Positions 38,517-48,526 of a stretch of 64,000 bases of DNA are shown one piece after another. Location of the stretch: the IMG/VR virus record IMGVR_UViG_3300042359_000853, positions 62,001-126,000 of that record. The stretch is one strand, 5' to 3'. The notes beneath the pieces are model-generated. The model saw only the letters and a program-made list of their open reading frames with translations, made no database searches and was not told the DNA's origin. The position numbers and the translations under genes are program-made. The number at the start of each line of letters is the position of its first letter. Positions within the stretch are counted from its first letter, which is position 1.

Positions 38517-40220
38517 ATGATTATAGAAGAAATTTCAATACGTGGATATAAATCATTTGGAAATACAGAACAAGTTGTAAAGTTTAATACTGAAGCAGGA
38601 GAACTTATTCTTCTTTGTGGATCGAACGGTTCTGGTAAAAGTTCAATACTTGAGTGTGTAGAATACTCACTTTATGGAAAAGTGAAATCCATGAAAAATA
38701 AAAAATGGACTAAATCATCCCTATTACCAAATAGAATAAACGGTGAGCTTTTGAACAAAATAAAATTTAAATCTTCTGGATCTGAAATCGAAGTTATTCG
38801 TGGGATATCTCCGAATGTTTTGAGAGTTCTTGAAAATGGTCTTGAAATCGATAAAGCTGGTAAAGCTTCACTGGATGAAAGAATAGAAAAACTAGTTGGT
38901 ATTGATATTGAAACTTTCAAGAGTTTTATTTCACTATCTATCAACGATTTTAAGAATTTTATTTCACTCTCGTCTGAGGAAAAGAAACTTCTTTTAGATA
39001 AACTTTTTAACCTTGAAGTAATCAATATTCTATCTGATATCTTGAAGGATCTTAATAAGACCAATAAAATAGGACTCGCTAGATTAGATGCTGAAATAGG
39101 ATCCCTTGCTAGCTCTATACGTTCAATTGATATGTCTATTCAAAAAGCGCTCGAAAGAGAAAAAGAAGATCTTGATCAAGAGATCTCAGTTCTCAATGCT
39201 GAAATAGAAAAAAGAAAAGAAGAGTATAAGTTATTGAAGGAAAAAAAGGATAAAATAGCACTTAAAGAAACTGAGATAAACACACACCTTGATAAAGAGA
39301 AAGAGGAACTCTATAAAATCAGAAATAATTTAAATAATGTCGATCGAGAAATATCACTTTACAACTCAGGAAAGTGTCCCACTTGTAAAGTTTCTTTCGA
39401 TGGTCAATTCTTTGCTGATTTAAGAAATGAACTAGATCAGAAAAAACAAGGTATCCAAAAAATATTAGAGCAGATTACACAAAATATAACTTCTTTGGGA
39501 GAAAAGAAAAAGAAACTTGGAGAATTGACCGTTGATGTAACTACAAACTTCAACGATTTAACTTATTTACTTCGTAACTACAAATCACAAATCGATCAAC
39601 TCACACAGAAAAAAAACTCAGGTTCTACTCAAAGTCATACTACACAAGAGTTTGAGAATACCAAATCAGAACTTCTTTCTAAGATGGATGTTGTATCTGG
39701 TGAAAACGTAATTTTACAAGAAAAAGAAGTTTATTACAAAGAACTTTCTAAAATATTGAGTGAAGATGGTGTTAAAAAAAGTATTATTTCTAAAATCATC
39801 GAACCTATCAATCATTTTGTAGCTGAAAATTTACGTAAAATGAGAATACCATTTCAAGTAGTGTTAGATCAAAACTTCAACGCTGAGATTAAAAACCTAA
39901 ATGAAGTAATTGAACAAGATAGTCTATCGACTGGTGAAAATAAAAGAATCAACATTTGTATTATGATAGCTTATCTGAAAATGATACGAACTAAAAGACA
40001 TATCAATATTCTTTTTCTTGATGAAGTTTTCTCATCGATAGATCTCGAAGGTATTGAGTCTATTTTATTATTACTTAAAGATTTTGCTAACAACTATAAG
40101 ATAAGTATATTTGTAGTTCATCACGCCCTGATGAGTGGTGAGTTTTTTGATAGAATTATCAGTGTGAATAAAGATGTTTTTTCACAAATAACCGAAACTT
40201 CTACCCAGGAGATCCAATAA
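38517..40220 (+). CDS. gp46/SbcC/Rad50-like recombination ATPase
   Basis: YKSFGN, GSNGSGKS, coiled coil with CPTC zinc hook, LSTGE signature, LFLDE, H-loop. Confidence 0.9.
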   Translation: MIIEEISIRGYKSFGNTEQVVKFNTEAGELILLCGSNGSGKSSILECVEYSLYGKVKSMKNKKWTKSSLLPNRINGELLNKIKFKSSGSEIEVIRGISPNVLRVLENGLEIDKAGKASLDERIEKLVGIDIETFKSFISLSINDFKNFISLSSEEKKLLLDKLFNLEVINILSDILKDLNKTNKIGLARLDAEIGSLASSIRSIDMSIQKALEREKEDLDQEISVLNAEIEKRKEEYKLLKEKKDKIALKETEINTHLDKEKEELYKIRNNLNNVDREISLYNSGKCPTCKVSFDGQFFADLRNELDQKKQGIQKILEQITQNITSLGEKKKKLGELTVDVTTNFNDLTYLLRNYKSQIDQLTQKKNSGSTQSHTTQEFENTKSELLSKMDVVSGENVILQEKEVYYKELSKILSEDGVKKSIISKIIEPINHFVAENLRKMRIPFQVVLDQNFNAEIKNLNEVIEQDSLSTGENKRINICIMIAYLKMIRTKRHINILFLDEVFSSIDLEGIESILLLLKDFANNYKISIFVVHHALMSGEFFDRIISVNKDVFSQITETSTQEIQ

Positions 40221-40223
40221 AAG

Positions 40224-40230
40224 ATATATA
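40224..40230 (+). promoter_or_regulatory. ATATATA putative phage late promoter (example upstream of bS21; about 20 copies in the window)
   Basis: Recurs before starts at 14489, 20359, 23603, 25453, 26310, 27603, 32578, 33344, 35278, 36026, 38446, 40235, 45658, 48478, 49450, 50643, 54421, 57787, 60659 and 63585. Confidence 0.75.
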
Positions 40231-40234
40231 AGTT

Positions 40235-40426
40235 ATGATTAAAGTAGAACTAGGTAAAGACCCAATAGATAAAGCTCTGAAAATATTCAAGAGAAAATTT
40301 GATAGAGTGGGAGTTATTAAAGAACTCAGAAATAGAAAAGAGTTCAAGAAAAAATCAGTTGTTCGTAGAGAAGAGATCAGAAAAGCTATCTATGTTGAGA
40401 AAAACTTCTTATCACCAAAAGATTAA
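40235..40426 (+). CDS. rpsU: ribosomal protein bS21 (phage-encoded)
   Basis: IDKALK.FKRK....GVIKELR.R.EF.K.SV.RR.E..KAIY. Confidence 0.92.
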   Translation: MIKVELGKDPIDKALKIFKRKFDRVGVIKELRNRKEFKKKSVVRREEIRKAIYVEKNFLSPKD

Positions 40427-40442
40427 TTCGCATAAATAGAGT

Positions 40443-41168
40443 ATGGATTTAGAAAAAAACTATTACCAGATACTTGGTGTGGATAAAGATGCTACGTCTG
40501 ACGAAATTAAAAAAAAATATTATAAACTATCTAAAAAACTACACCCAGATGTTGGTGGAGATAGTAATCTATTCTCACAGATAAACGAAGCCTACGAAAT
40601 TTTCAGTAACGAAAAGCTAAGAAAAGATTGGGATAAAAGAAGTCGTTTTGGTAAAAACTATAAACTTGTAAATGAGTTTAAAAACTATGAACAAACTATA
40701 TTATCAAAAACTTGGGAGAAGGGTAAGTTCGATAAGATCAAATCTGAAACAGATCTACATATACATCTAGAAGTTGAAAAAAATTTTGGAGGTGTTGTAG
40801 AATATCAAAGATGGGTTACTTGTAAATCTTGTAAAGGAACCGGTCTAGATCTCAGAGGAAAAATAGTTATCAAGGATGAAAATGGTAATATACTAAGACA
40901 ATTTGAAAACGAAGATGGTTGTGATTTCTGTGAAGGAACTGGTAAGGATTGGAGAGATGAGGTATGTAGTTTTTGTGAAGGCAAAGGAAAAACTGGATCA
41001 ATCATTTGTGGTGACTGTCAAGGTAAAAGAAGAATCCTAGGTAATCAAAAGTTAGAAAAAATAAAGTTCCCAAAAGGTGAAAAGTTTCTAAAAATTGAAT
41101 CGATGGGTAATATATCTGTTACTTCTCAAGGTAAATCAGGACATCTTTTTCTAATAAAGAAAAGTTAA
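40443..41168 (+). CDS. dnaJ: truncated DnaJ-like co-chaperone (J domain and zinc finger)
   Basis: YYQILGV, HPD motif, four CxxCxGxG-type repeats; no G/F region or full C-terminal domain. Confidence 0.85.
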   Translation: MDLEKNYYQILGVDKDATSDEIKKKYYKLSKKLHPDVGGDSNLFSQINEAYEIFSNEKLRKDWDKRSRFGKNYKLVNEFKNYEQTILSKTWEKGKFDKIKSETDLHIHLEVEKNFGGVVEYQRWVTCKSCKGTGLDLRGKIVIKDENGNILRQFENEDGCDFCEGTGKDWRDEVCSFCEGKGKTGSIICGDCQGKRRILGNQKLEKIKFPKGEKFLKIESMGNISVTSQGKSGHLFLIKKS

Positions 41169-41170
41169 TT

Positions 41171-44100
41171 CTATCTGTAAATCTGAACATTTCCTATGAA
41201 ATCAAAATCTAGACGACTATAATCAATTCTTGGGGCAATAGCTTTAGTAGGTGATTTCATAAACCTATCAATTCTATCAGTTCCTGATGAGTCCAAATAG
41301 TAATTAAAAAACGGAATTCTATCAACTTCATAGAAATTTATTCGAGAAAAATAGATTTGAGAAGAGGGTGAAGACCAACCCGAATCGAAATCCGATCCAC
41401 CCAATATAGAAAAGTCAAGTTTTTCTAAATTGAAGAAGTATTCCCTTTTAACACTCGAAGTATAAGACAGATGATCAACTGGTGTAGATAAAAGATTGGG
41501 TAGATTATCTATAGGCTTATTATTCAGATATATTCTGGGATATTTGTTTGAAGAAGTTCCGAAGTTCATAAAATCCACAACACTTGAACCTGAGTGTGTA
41601 TAAACCTCAAACTCTACAAGAGAATATCTTTCTCTAGATATAGTTGAATTTTTATTTGAAAAGTTCCAAGAAGAAAAACCAGAACCAGAAGCGGACGCCG
41701 ACGTTTCTACAAGTAATAAGTTAGAGAAATCAGGATCCGTGATGTTATAGTTAGATGTAAATGTAGCTGATTGAAGATTGAAAATATTATTCATGGAATA
41801 TGAATATGTCCAGCCCCTTGAGAAAAACTCTAATAAATTAGAGGTGTTTGATAATTGTGGCACCCCATTTTTAATATTTGTTACATAATTAAATTGTCCA
41901 GATTGAGATATTTTAGAAACTACGGGTGAGAATTTTTTTCCTAGACTATAGCTTGATACACTAGTATTTGAAATATTCCTAATATTTGCTGAGATTCTTA
42001 AAATATTATCGGTCGTATAAGAAGTGTGGTTTAAGTATTTAATAGATTTATCGAAAAATTCCGAAAAATAGTTTAGGTTATCGTAGGTATTTGTTCTTTG
42101 AGACTGATTCCATGAAAGATTAATCCATGAGTTATATCTTCTGTTTCTAGCACCAATCATACGCAAAGGCGTTTTGTATAGAGAAGAATAGTTAGGATCG
42201 ATTTTATCGGGTTGTACAAGATATGATCCATCAGAAAACTTCAAACTCTGAATGAGACATTTATCTTGACCAGAATCTGAAATCTGACCACCTTCAAAAA
42301 CACCATCTACAAGATGTGTAGATTCCATAAGTAAATTCTCGGGATATCCATTGATTAGTCCATAGATCATAATTCCCGAAAAATATCCATTTAGGAATGC
42401 TCCACTTAGCCAAACATTTTTGGATACTTTTATCGGATGATCTTGTGAATCTTTTACTATACTACGAAGTGGTGTGTTCGACACAAATTCAACCCTTATG
42501 AATTCTGAACTTTTTTCCAAGATAGTTGCTGAAGATTTAATAAGAGTGAATTCTTGATTAACGTCAATTCCCGCAATATTAGAAATACTCACCTTTTCAC
42601 CTACAGTAAAGTTTTTGCTATTTTCACCTTCTATTCTTAACGTGTATGTGAATTGACTTGTTTGTATAAAGTTTGAACAGCTACTAAAAGTCCACGAATG
42701 TTCATCTCCTCTCCAACCATTATTCCATACTCCATTCTCCCAAATACCTTTTTCAAAAACACCATTACCAAAATTCATTCTCACAACTGAACCATTATCA
42801 GAGGGTGTGTTATAACTTGTGTTTGGTAAATCAGAAAATGCCAGTGTTGGTGCAGTAGATGTAGAAGAATTCGTAAGTTTATTATTATAGACTTGGTTAT
42901 AGTTTGATATAATTTTATGAATTGAGATATTCGTGATTTCAACCCCAGCAAAGAAACCCGGATTGAAATTGTAAGCTTGAATAATTAAATCTTTATCGTC
43001 AGAAATTTTTGGAGAATAATCAAAAATATAATCTGTTAGTGTATTATTCAAATGTATTAAAGGTGTTCCAATACTATAATCGGTAGCTATTGGTGTTGTT
43101 GATAATGGTGAGAAAGCAGGAAAATTCCCTGACCAATATCCAGGTTCACCACTACTTGGTAGTATTTCTGATTGAGTGAAAGAACCAATCTTAGCAAATA
43201 AATAAACATTAGTTGGATCGGTAGGGTTTGTAACACTTCTATAGCATCTAGCTGTTATTGTTATACGGTAGGTGAAACTTGTATCTCTAAAAACATTTCT
43301 AGATATTTGACAAGAAGTGTCATTACATTCCCATACTTGTGGGATAAGATGCTCTGAAAATTGTAGAGGTAAGAATGTTCCGGTTGGTATAAGAGCTGAA
43401 GATGATAAAGTCCAATCAGTTAAAGATGCGTTGGACGTTTGTGTATAGTATTCCGTGGAAGATGGATTAAATCCAAAATTCACTATTTCGGTTGAATTCA
43501 CAGAAAAAGATCCAACGTTCATATAGTGAACCTTATCCCACATACTGGATGTAGAAGATATAAAACTATTCACTCTTTTAAGATAGATGGAAGTTTTTTC
43601 TTCTAGAGCAGGTGACGGACTTGTGAATGGTGTTCCGTTCCAGTTACCGTTTCTCCATCTACCACCTTTCCACAAGATATTGTTAGCGAATCCATATTCC
43701 CAAACACCCGTGTGCCATATTCCCGCTGTCATTGTTCCAGATTGGAACACACCATCTTGCCACTCTGAGATATAGAAGTGACTATCAATGAAATTACCTC
43801 CTTTCCAAATACAACTTTGTGTTAAATTGAAAGATAAAGCGGAAGTTTCATTCTCTACCAGGCCTACGCGATTCACCCATGGGTTAAAGCTAGAGTTTCT
43901 GAAGTTACCTTTAACAAATCTACCTTGTAGCCACAAAGAATTGAAAATAACACCCACATCATGACTGAATGTTCCATCGACCCATAGCATATTTTGAAAA
44001 TTTGCTCTTGATAGGTTTCTAACCTCTGAAGAAATATTTAATGGTGTAAAGATATCTCTATCGGTAGTTCCCATGTTAGAATTATCGATAACTAATCCGT

Positions 44101-45658
44101 TTTTCCATAATCCCCAGTAACTACCTGTAAAATAATTTCTTGCCGCTTGCTCATCTGATAAAACAGATGATGTATAACCACCTATAAAATCGCCGTTGTA
44201 GAACTTTCCACTATTCCAGATCTTACCCTTAAATACACCACCCCAGAACTCTCCATCCCACCAACTAGAGTTTGTTAATCCATCACCTGAACCAAAAACT
44301 CCAGAATTGAAACGGCCTCCCTGCCAACCAAAATGATTTGAAGCAGTCATCGCGGATCCAAGACCCCAAGTTGAGTTGAAAGACCCGTTATTAAAATTTC
44401 CACCTTGCCAAATAACATTCCCGTTTATTCTTCCTGAGTTGAAAATGCCGTTTTTCCAAGTAGTATAAAATCCACTATCACCTCTTACTTCACCTGAGTT
44501 GAAGTTACCACCTAACCACTCAACAAAACTTGAACCACCAATAACACCATTTTTAACAACACCGTTTATCCAAGTTGAAGAAGTTCTCCCGTATCCAGTT
44601 GTGTTTAAAATAGTTCCAAAAGATGTTTGGTTAGCTTTGAGGTTTTCAGAACCGAGCGATCCATCAGAAAAAGTACCACTTAGCCACACAGATTCGTAGA
44701 AGTTACCTGATGAAAATTTCCCATCTATCCAGAGTGATTTTTCGAAATCACCCGAAAGAAAGTTACCATTATACCAAGCTTTCCAAAGATTATTAAAAGA
44801 CAGAGAAGTAGATGAGTAAGTATAACTAGATAAGAATCTACCAGAAAAAGTTCCAGAAACCCAGGTAGAATTGTTAAAAACTCCGGATAGAAATTCGGTG
44901 TTCTTCCAAATAGAACTGTTCACTAACCCACTGATAAAATTACCTGAAGTAACAATAGATTTATGTAATGTTGTTTGAATAAAATTGTTTGTTTTAGAAA
45001 GAATAGTATTTGAAATTCTTAGCTTGGAAATCTTCTCTCTATCATTTATTGGTAAATCCTCTTGTTCAGAATTGAAATCATTTGATTCGAACAGAGCTCT
45101 TTTGTAAAAACCAGAGTAGATTTTTGAATTTTTTATTTGTAATTTATTGAGTGTGAAAATTTCTGGTTGAATAAAGTTATCAAAACTAAAAGTAGATGAG
45201 CTAGTCAGACCAGAAAGAGCACCACTTTGTGTGTAGGGTTGGATATTTATATTCTTTGAAACTGGTAGATTACCAAGTGTTTGTGTTAATAGAGAATTAA
45301 TCTTATAAGTTCCAGAAATATCTTTACTTTGAGTTCCTCCAAATAAAGTTCCTATGAATAATACTCCTTTAGAAAAGTTTTCCAAACCATATGATGAGGT
45401 AACACTCAAAAATTTAGCATTTAATGTAGAATTCGAGTTAAGTGTTATGGTGAATTCAGTCGGATTATTATTATCAATTCTAGCTGATGATTCTTGTATA
45501 TAACTCAAATTTCTAATACGACAACTATCTACAACACCACTTATAGGATTTGACTTACCGATTGTGGATCCTGTGTATAGTATTTTAGCTGTTTGTTGAT
45601 TAATTAAACCATCAGCGTTTGGAAATACCGCATTATTATTGAGAACGAATATAGACAT
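41171..45658 (-). CDS. very large predicted virion protein with long Trp-Gly pentapeptide repeats
   Basis: 1495 aa; GxWxx/GxFxx arrays; AATATATA 6 nt upstream. Confidence 0.7.
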   Translation of the reverse strand: MSIFVLNNNAVFPNADGLINQQTAKILYTGSTIGKSNPISGVVDSCRIRNLSYIQESSARIDNNNPTEFTITLNSNSTLNAKFLSVTSSYGLENFSKGVLFIGTLFGGTQSKDISGTYKINSLLTQTLGNLPVSKNINIQPYTQSGALSGLTSSSTFSFDNFIQPEIFTLNKLQIKNSKIYSGFYKRALFESNDFNSEQEDLPINDREKISKLRISNTILSKTNNFIQTTLHKSIVTSGNFISGLVNSSIWKNTEFLSGVFNNSTWVSGTFSGRFLSSYTYSSTSLSFNNLWKAWYNGNFLSGDFEKSLWIDGKFSSGNFYESVWLSGTFSDGSLGSENLKANQTSFGTILNTTGYGRTSSTWINGVVKNGVIGGSSFVEWLGGNFNSGEVRGDSGFYTTWKNGIFNSGRINGNVIWQGGNFNNGSFNSTWGLGSAMTASNHFGWQGGRFNSGVFGSGDGLTNSSWWDGEFWGGVFKGKIWNSGKFYNGDFIGGYTSSVLSDEQAARNYFTGSYWGLWKNGLVIDNSNMGTTDRDIFTPLNISSEVRNLSRANFQNMLWVDGTFSHDVGVIFNSLWLQGRFVKGNFRNSSFNPWVNRVGLVENETSALSFNLTQSCIWKGGNFIDSHFYISEWQDGVFQSGTMTAGIWHTGVWEYGFANNILWKGGRWRNGNWNGTPFTSPSPALEEKTSIYLKRVNSFISSTSSMWDKVHYMNVGSFSVNSTEIVNFGFNPSSTEYYTQTSNASLTDWTLSSSALIPTGTFLPLQFSEHLIPQVWECNDTSCQISRNVFRDTSFTYRITITARCYRSVTNPTDPTNVYLFAKIGSFTQSEILPSSGEPGYWSGNFPAFSPLSTTPIATDYSIGTPLIHLNNTLTDYIFDYSPKISDDKDLIIQAYNFNPGFFAGVEITNISIHKIISNYNQVYNNKLTNSSTSTAPTLAFSDLPNTSYNTPSDNGSVVRMNFGNGVFEKGIWENGVWNNGWRGDEHSWTFSSCSNFIQTSQFTYTLRIEGENSKNFTVGEKVSISNIAGIDVNQEFTLIKSSATILEKSSEFIRVEFVSNTPLRSIVKDSQDHPIKVSKNVWLSGAFLNGYFSGIMIYGLINGYPENLLMESTHLVDGVFEGGQISDSGQDKCLIQSLKFSDGSYLVQPDKIDPNYSSLYKTPLRMIGARNRRYNSWINLSWNQSQRTNTYDNLNYFSEFFDKSIKYLNHTSYTTDNILRISANIRNISNTSVSSYSLGKKFSPVVSKISQSGQFNYVTNIKNGVPQLSNTSNLLEFFSRGWTYSYSMNNIFNLQSATFTSNYNITDPDFSNLLLVETSASASGSGFSSWNFSNKNSTISRERYSLVEFEVYTHSGSSVVDFMNFGTSSNKYPRIYLNNKPIDNLPNLLSTPVDHLSYTSSVKREYFFNLEKLDFSILGGSDFDSGWSSPSSQIYFSRINFYEVDRIPFFNYYLDSSGTDRIDRFMKSPTKAIAPRIDYSRLDFDFIGNVQIYR
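43630..44960 (-). repeat. protein-level GxWxx/GxFxx pentapeptide repeat
   Basis: e.g. WQDGVFQSGTMTAGIWHTGVWEYG...WKGGRWRNGNWNG. Confidence 0.85.
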
Positions 45659-45696
45659 TTAATCTATATATTAGAATTTTTAGATCTTTAAGAAAT

Positions 45697-46383
45697 TTAA
45701 TAATTTTTTATATCTTCGAATTCGCTCTCTGATAAGCCTAAAAAAGTAGAAATATCCAATTTCGGTTTGATGAACTCTTTCTTTGCGTTCAAAATTCTTC
45801 TTATGACTTTATCTGGATGTTGTAGATTTGAATAATCAAGTAAAACAAGGTGATTATTTGTAAGTGAGGTTGTAAGATGAAACATATGACTAGACTTTCT
45901 AAAATCAAAAATTATTTCATCATCACAAGATTTTTTATGATAGTAACTAATTTTAATAACTTTATTATCTGGTTTGAGGTAGAACCACTGGTCAATTTCT
46001 CTACTTGAATTGAAAACTTCTAATTCTTTTCTTGTTGGCATTTGATATTCATCCTCTCTAAGGCTTAAATCAAGTAGAAGTGAATATTCTGTAAGTGAAA
46101 TATAATTCAATTTATTGAAGTCGTTCTCAACATCATTCCAATCTATATTTGAAATATTTCTTTTTAGTCCAAGATCTAAATCCCATGTTGGAATATCCTT
46201 CCAAATGAAACTTCCATAAAGATAACAGAGTTCATATTTATCTAAAATAGATTTTACAGAAGAATTAGATAAAAAATTTTTAACAGAGCCAAAACTCGGT
46301 CTTAACCAAGGTTTATTTGTTTTTATACTACCAATTTGGTAAAAAAAACTACAATCCTCACTATAATAGAAATCTTTTCCCAT
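45697..46383 (-). CDS. putative Pol-beta-superfamily nucleotidyltransferase
   Basis: YLYGSF...TWDLDL (GS-DxD signature) and a later LLDL acidic residue. Confidence 0.55.
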   Translation of the reverse strand: MGKDFYYSEDCSFFYQIGSIKTNKPWLRPSFGSVKNFLSNSSVKSILDKYELCYLYGSFIWKDIPTWDLDLGLKRNISNIDWNDVENDFNKLNYISLTEYSLLLDLSLREDEYQMPTRKELEVFNSSREIDQWFYLKPDNKVIKISYYHKKSCDDEIIFDFRKSSHMFHLTTSLTNNHLVLLDYSNLQHPDKVIRRILNAKKEFIKPKLDISTFLGLSESEFEDIKNY

Positions 46384-46399
46384 CGGGAATTAAGATTTT

Positions 46400-48478
46400 C
46401 TATAGACTACCTCCTCCACCACCGCCAGATAGAGTAGTAGTAGAAGTAGTAGTCGGCCAAAGACATTGAGTTCCGCTTATTTCAACAAAACTTCTTGTAT
46501 AAGTCCCACAAGTATAAGAAAGTGCAGGAGAACATGCAGGAAAGTAAATACTTCCCGGTGTTGAACACACCGAATAGGTATAAGAACCCGAAATTCTTTG
46601 GATAGGTGGTTGGTTCTGAAGTGGTGTTCTAGCACAAAAATCATACCCCCAAGCTGTTGATTGGCTACTGAAAGTTGGACTCAAGAGAACTTCAAAATAG
46701 GTAAGATTTCTTACCTCAGATGCCCATCTTGGTGTGCTACTTATACTAAATACCGATCCATTATCTATTGTTAGATTTAAGTTTAAAGTTGCATTCGGTA
46801 AACTTGTTGCTTGAAGTCGAACAACCATAAGTAAGTCGCCAACCTCACCTTGATTCAAAGTTTGACTATAGTTCGATTCTGTAAAATTGAAAGACTGGTT
46901 AGAAACATTTGTGTCAAAAGTTTTTTCTTGGTATCCATAGAAGAAGTTTCTGTTTGAAAGTGGAATTACTTGTATAGTGAATTGATCGACCCCACTACTT
47001 GAGGTTATACTGAAGGAACCAGAAATATTCCAACTAAACGTATAACCACCCGAAGATGGAAATGAGTAGGTAGATCCAGACCAATTAGTCTGTGCTGGTG
47101 GATGGCCAAATTTGAGTCTATATCTCTGTGAATAAATTTCTGTGATTGGATCTCCAATATTATAACTTATATCGAAAGAGGTATTATTTTCCGGAGATCC
47201 ACCACTACTAGTTGCATATACTGTTAAAACCTGACCTGATTGACATACCGATGATGAATAGGTGGCTGCTATTAGATTGCTGTTTTTGGATATCTCAACA
47301 TAAACCTTATCGCCTTGGAGAAGTGAATAGGTCGAAAACCCAAGTTGAATACTCATAGTTCCTGTGTAATTTTGAGCATCATTATAATACAAAGTCCAAG
47401 ATGATGAATCAAGTAAAGAAACAACACCTCCACTATTTTTTTGGAGTTTAGCAATCAAAGAATTTGTAGCATTTCCAGCAGCTATATAGGAACTTTCGAT
47501 TTCACTCTGAATATAGTAAACGCCTGCAGTTCCGGCTGTATAGATAGAATTAGTTGAAGACATGAAATTACCAAATGGTCCGGTGTAAAGAATAGATGAA
47601 GCTGAACCACCAACAAAATTATTGACTAATGTTCCTTGAGAAATGTTAAAATTTACTGTTGCCGTGGCAGTAGTAATACCAACTGAACATGTACTTGGCA
47701 TTGCGATAAGTGTTGCTTGTTCATTTACCAAAAAGTTTGTTGGAACAAGCATTTGATCTATTAGAAAACCACTACTACATTCAAGATATCTAAATACATT
47801 TTGTTCGGTGGAAGTTACTCTAATTCGAGTACAACCGATCGATTGAGTAGCGCAGTCACAACTACAACTAGGTCCAGGATTTGTTACGGTCTCACTAAGA
47901 AAGTAATTTGACCATGAACCAGAATTAATCAACTGGGAACCAGTTCCAGAAATTAAATATACATTTTGTATTGGATCTTTCAAGCAAATAACTTTTTGAT
48001 TTCCCCAATATTGAGTTAGTAGTGAAGAAAAGGTAGCAGAATTATCACAACATGAGTTGAATATAACGTTTATTGGATTTTTAGTTGTAGTGGGAGTTCC
48101 AGTAGTAGTTGAGGTTGTTGTAGTAGAACACGATGGGAAAGCTTGCGATCCTTTTGTAACCGTTAGCCATCCGTCATCACCAGGTGTGTAATCGAGCACT
48201 ATAAAAATTTGTCCATCTGAAATTCTTTGAACATAAACAACAGGTTCAAAACCATAAGAAGGTAAGTTTGAAAATGTATAGATAGGATCCGTTCCTGGAT
48301 CCCATCCTGGTGCCCCATCTAATCTTATTGTGGTATTACTCCCACCACAACAGTTAGTATATTGAAGATAGTATTTATAGGTTGACGTAGGATATGTTGT
48401 TAGAATACTTGTTGAAGTATCGATACTATCCCTATATAGTGTTACGTTATAATTATCACACTGAAGAACTAAAGCCAT
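46400..48478 (-). CDS. Cys/Thr-rich predicted virion protein with two C1q-like domains
   Basis: Cys modules; poly-Thr runs; YTAGTAGVYYI...LQGDKVYVE and YSFPSSGGYTF...LNQGE. Confidence 0.6.
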   Translation of the reverse strand: MALVLQCDNYNVTLYRDSIDTSTSILTTYPTSTYKYYLQYTNCCGGSNTTIRLDGAPGWDPGTDPIYTFSNLPSYGFEPVVYVQRISDGQIFIVLDYTPGDDGWLTVTKGSQAFPSCSTTTTSTTTGTPTTTKNPINVIFNSCCDNSATFSSLLTQYWGNQKVICLKDPIQNVYLISGTGSQLINSGSWSNYFLSETVTNPGPSCSCDCATQSIGCTRIRVTSTEQNVFRYLECSSGFLIDQMLVPTNFLVNEQATLIAMPSTCSVGITTATATVNFNISQGTLVNNFVGGSASSILYTGPFGNFMSSTNSIYTAGTAGVYYIQSEIESSYIAAGNATNSLIAKLQKNSGGVVSLLDSSSWTLYYNDAQNYTGTMSIQLGFSTYSLLQGDKVYVEISKNSNLIAATYSSSVCQSGQVLTVYATSSGGSPENNTSFDISYNIGDPITEIYSQRYRLKFGHPPAQTNWSGSTYSFPSSGGYTFSWNISGSFSITSSSGVDQFTIQVIPLSNRNFFYGYQEKTFDTNVSNQSFNFTESNYSQTLNQGEVGDLLMVVRLQATSLPNATLNLNLTIDNGSVFSISSTPRWASEVRNLTYFEVLLSPTFSSQSTAWGYDFCARTPLQNQPPIQRISGSYTYSVCSTPGSIYFPACSPALSYTCGTYTRSFVEISGTQCLWPTTTSTTTLSGGGGGGSL

Positions 48479-48526
48479 TTAATTTTTTTTTTTTCTTTAT
48501 ATATATTTTTTCTTGATTACCAGAAA

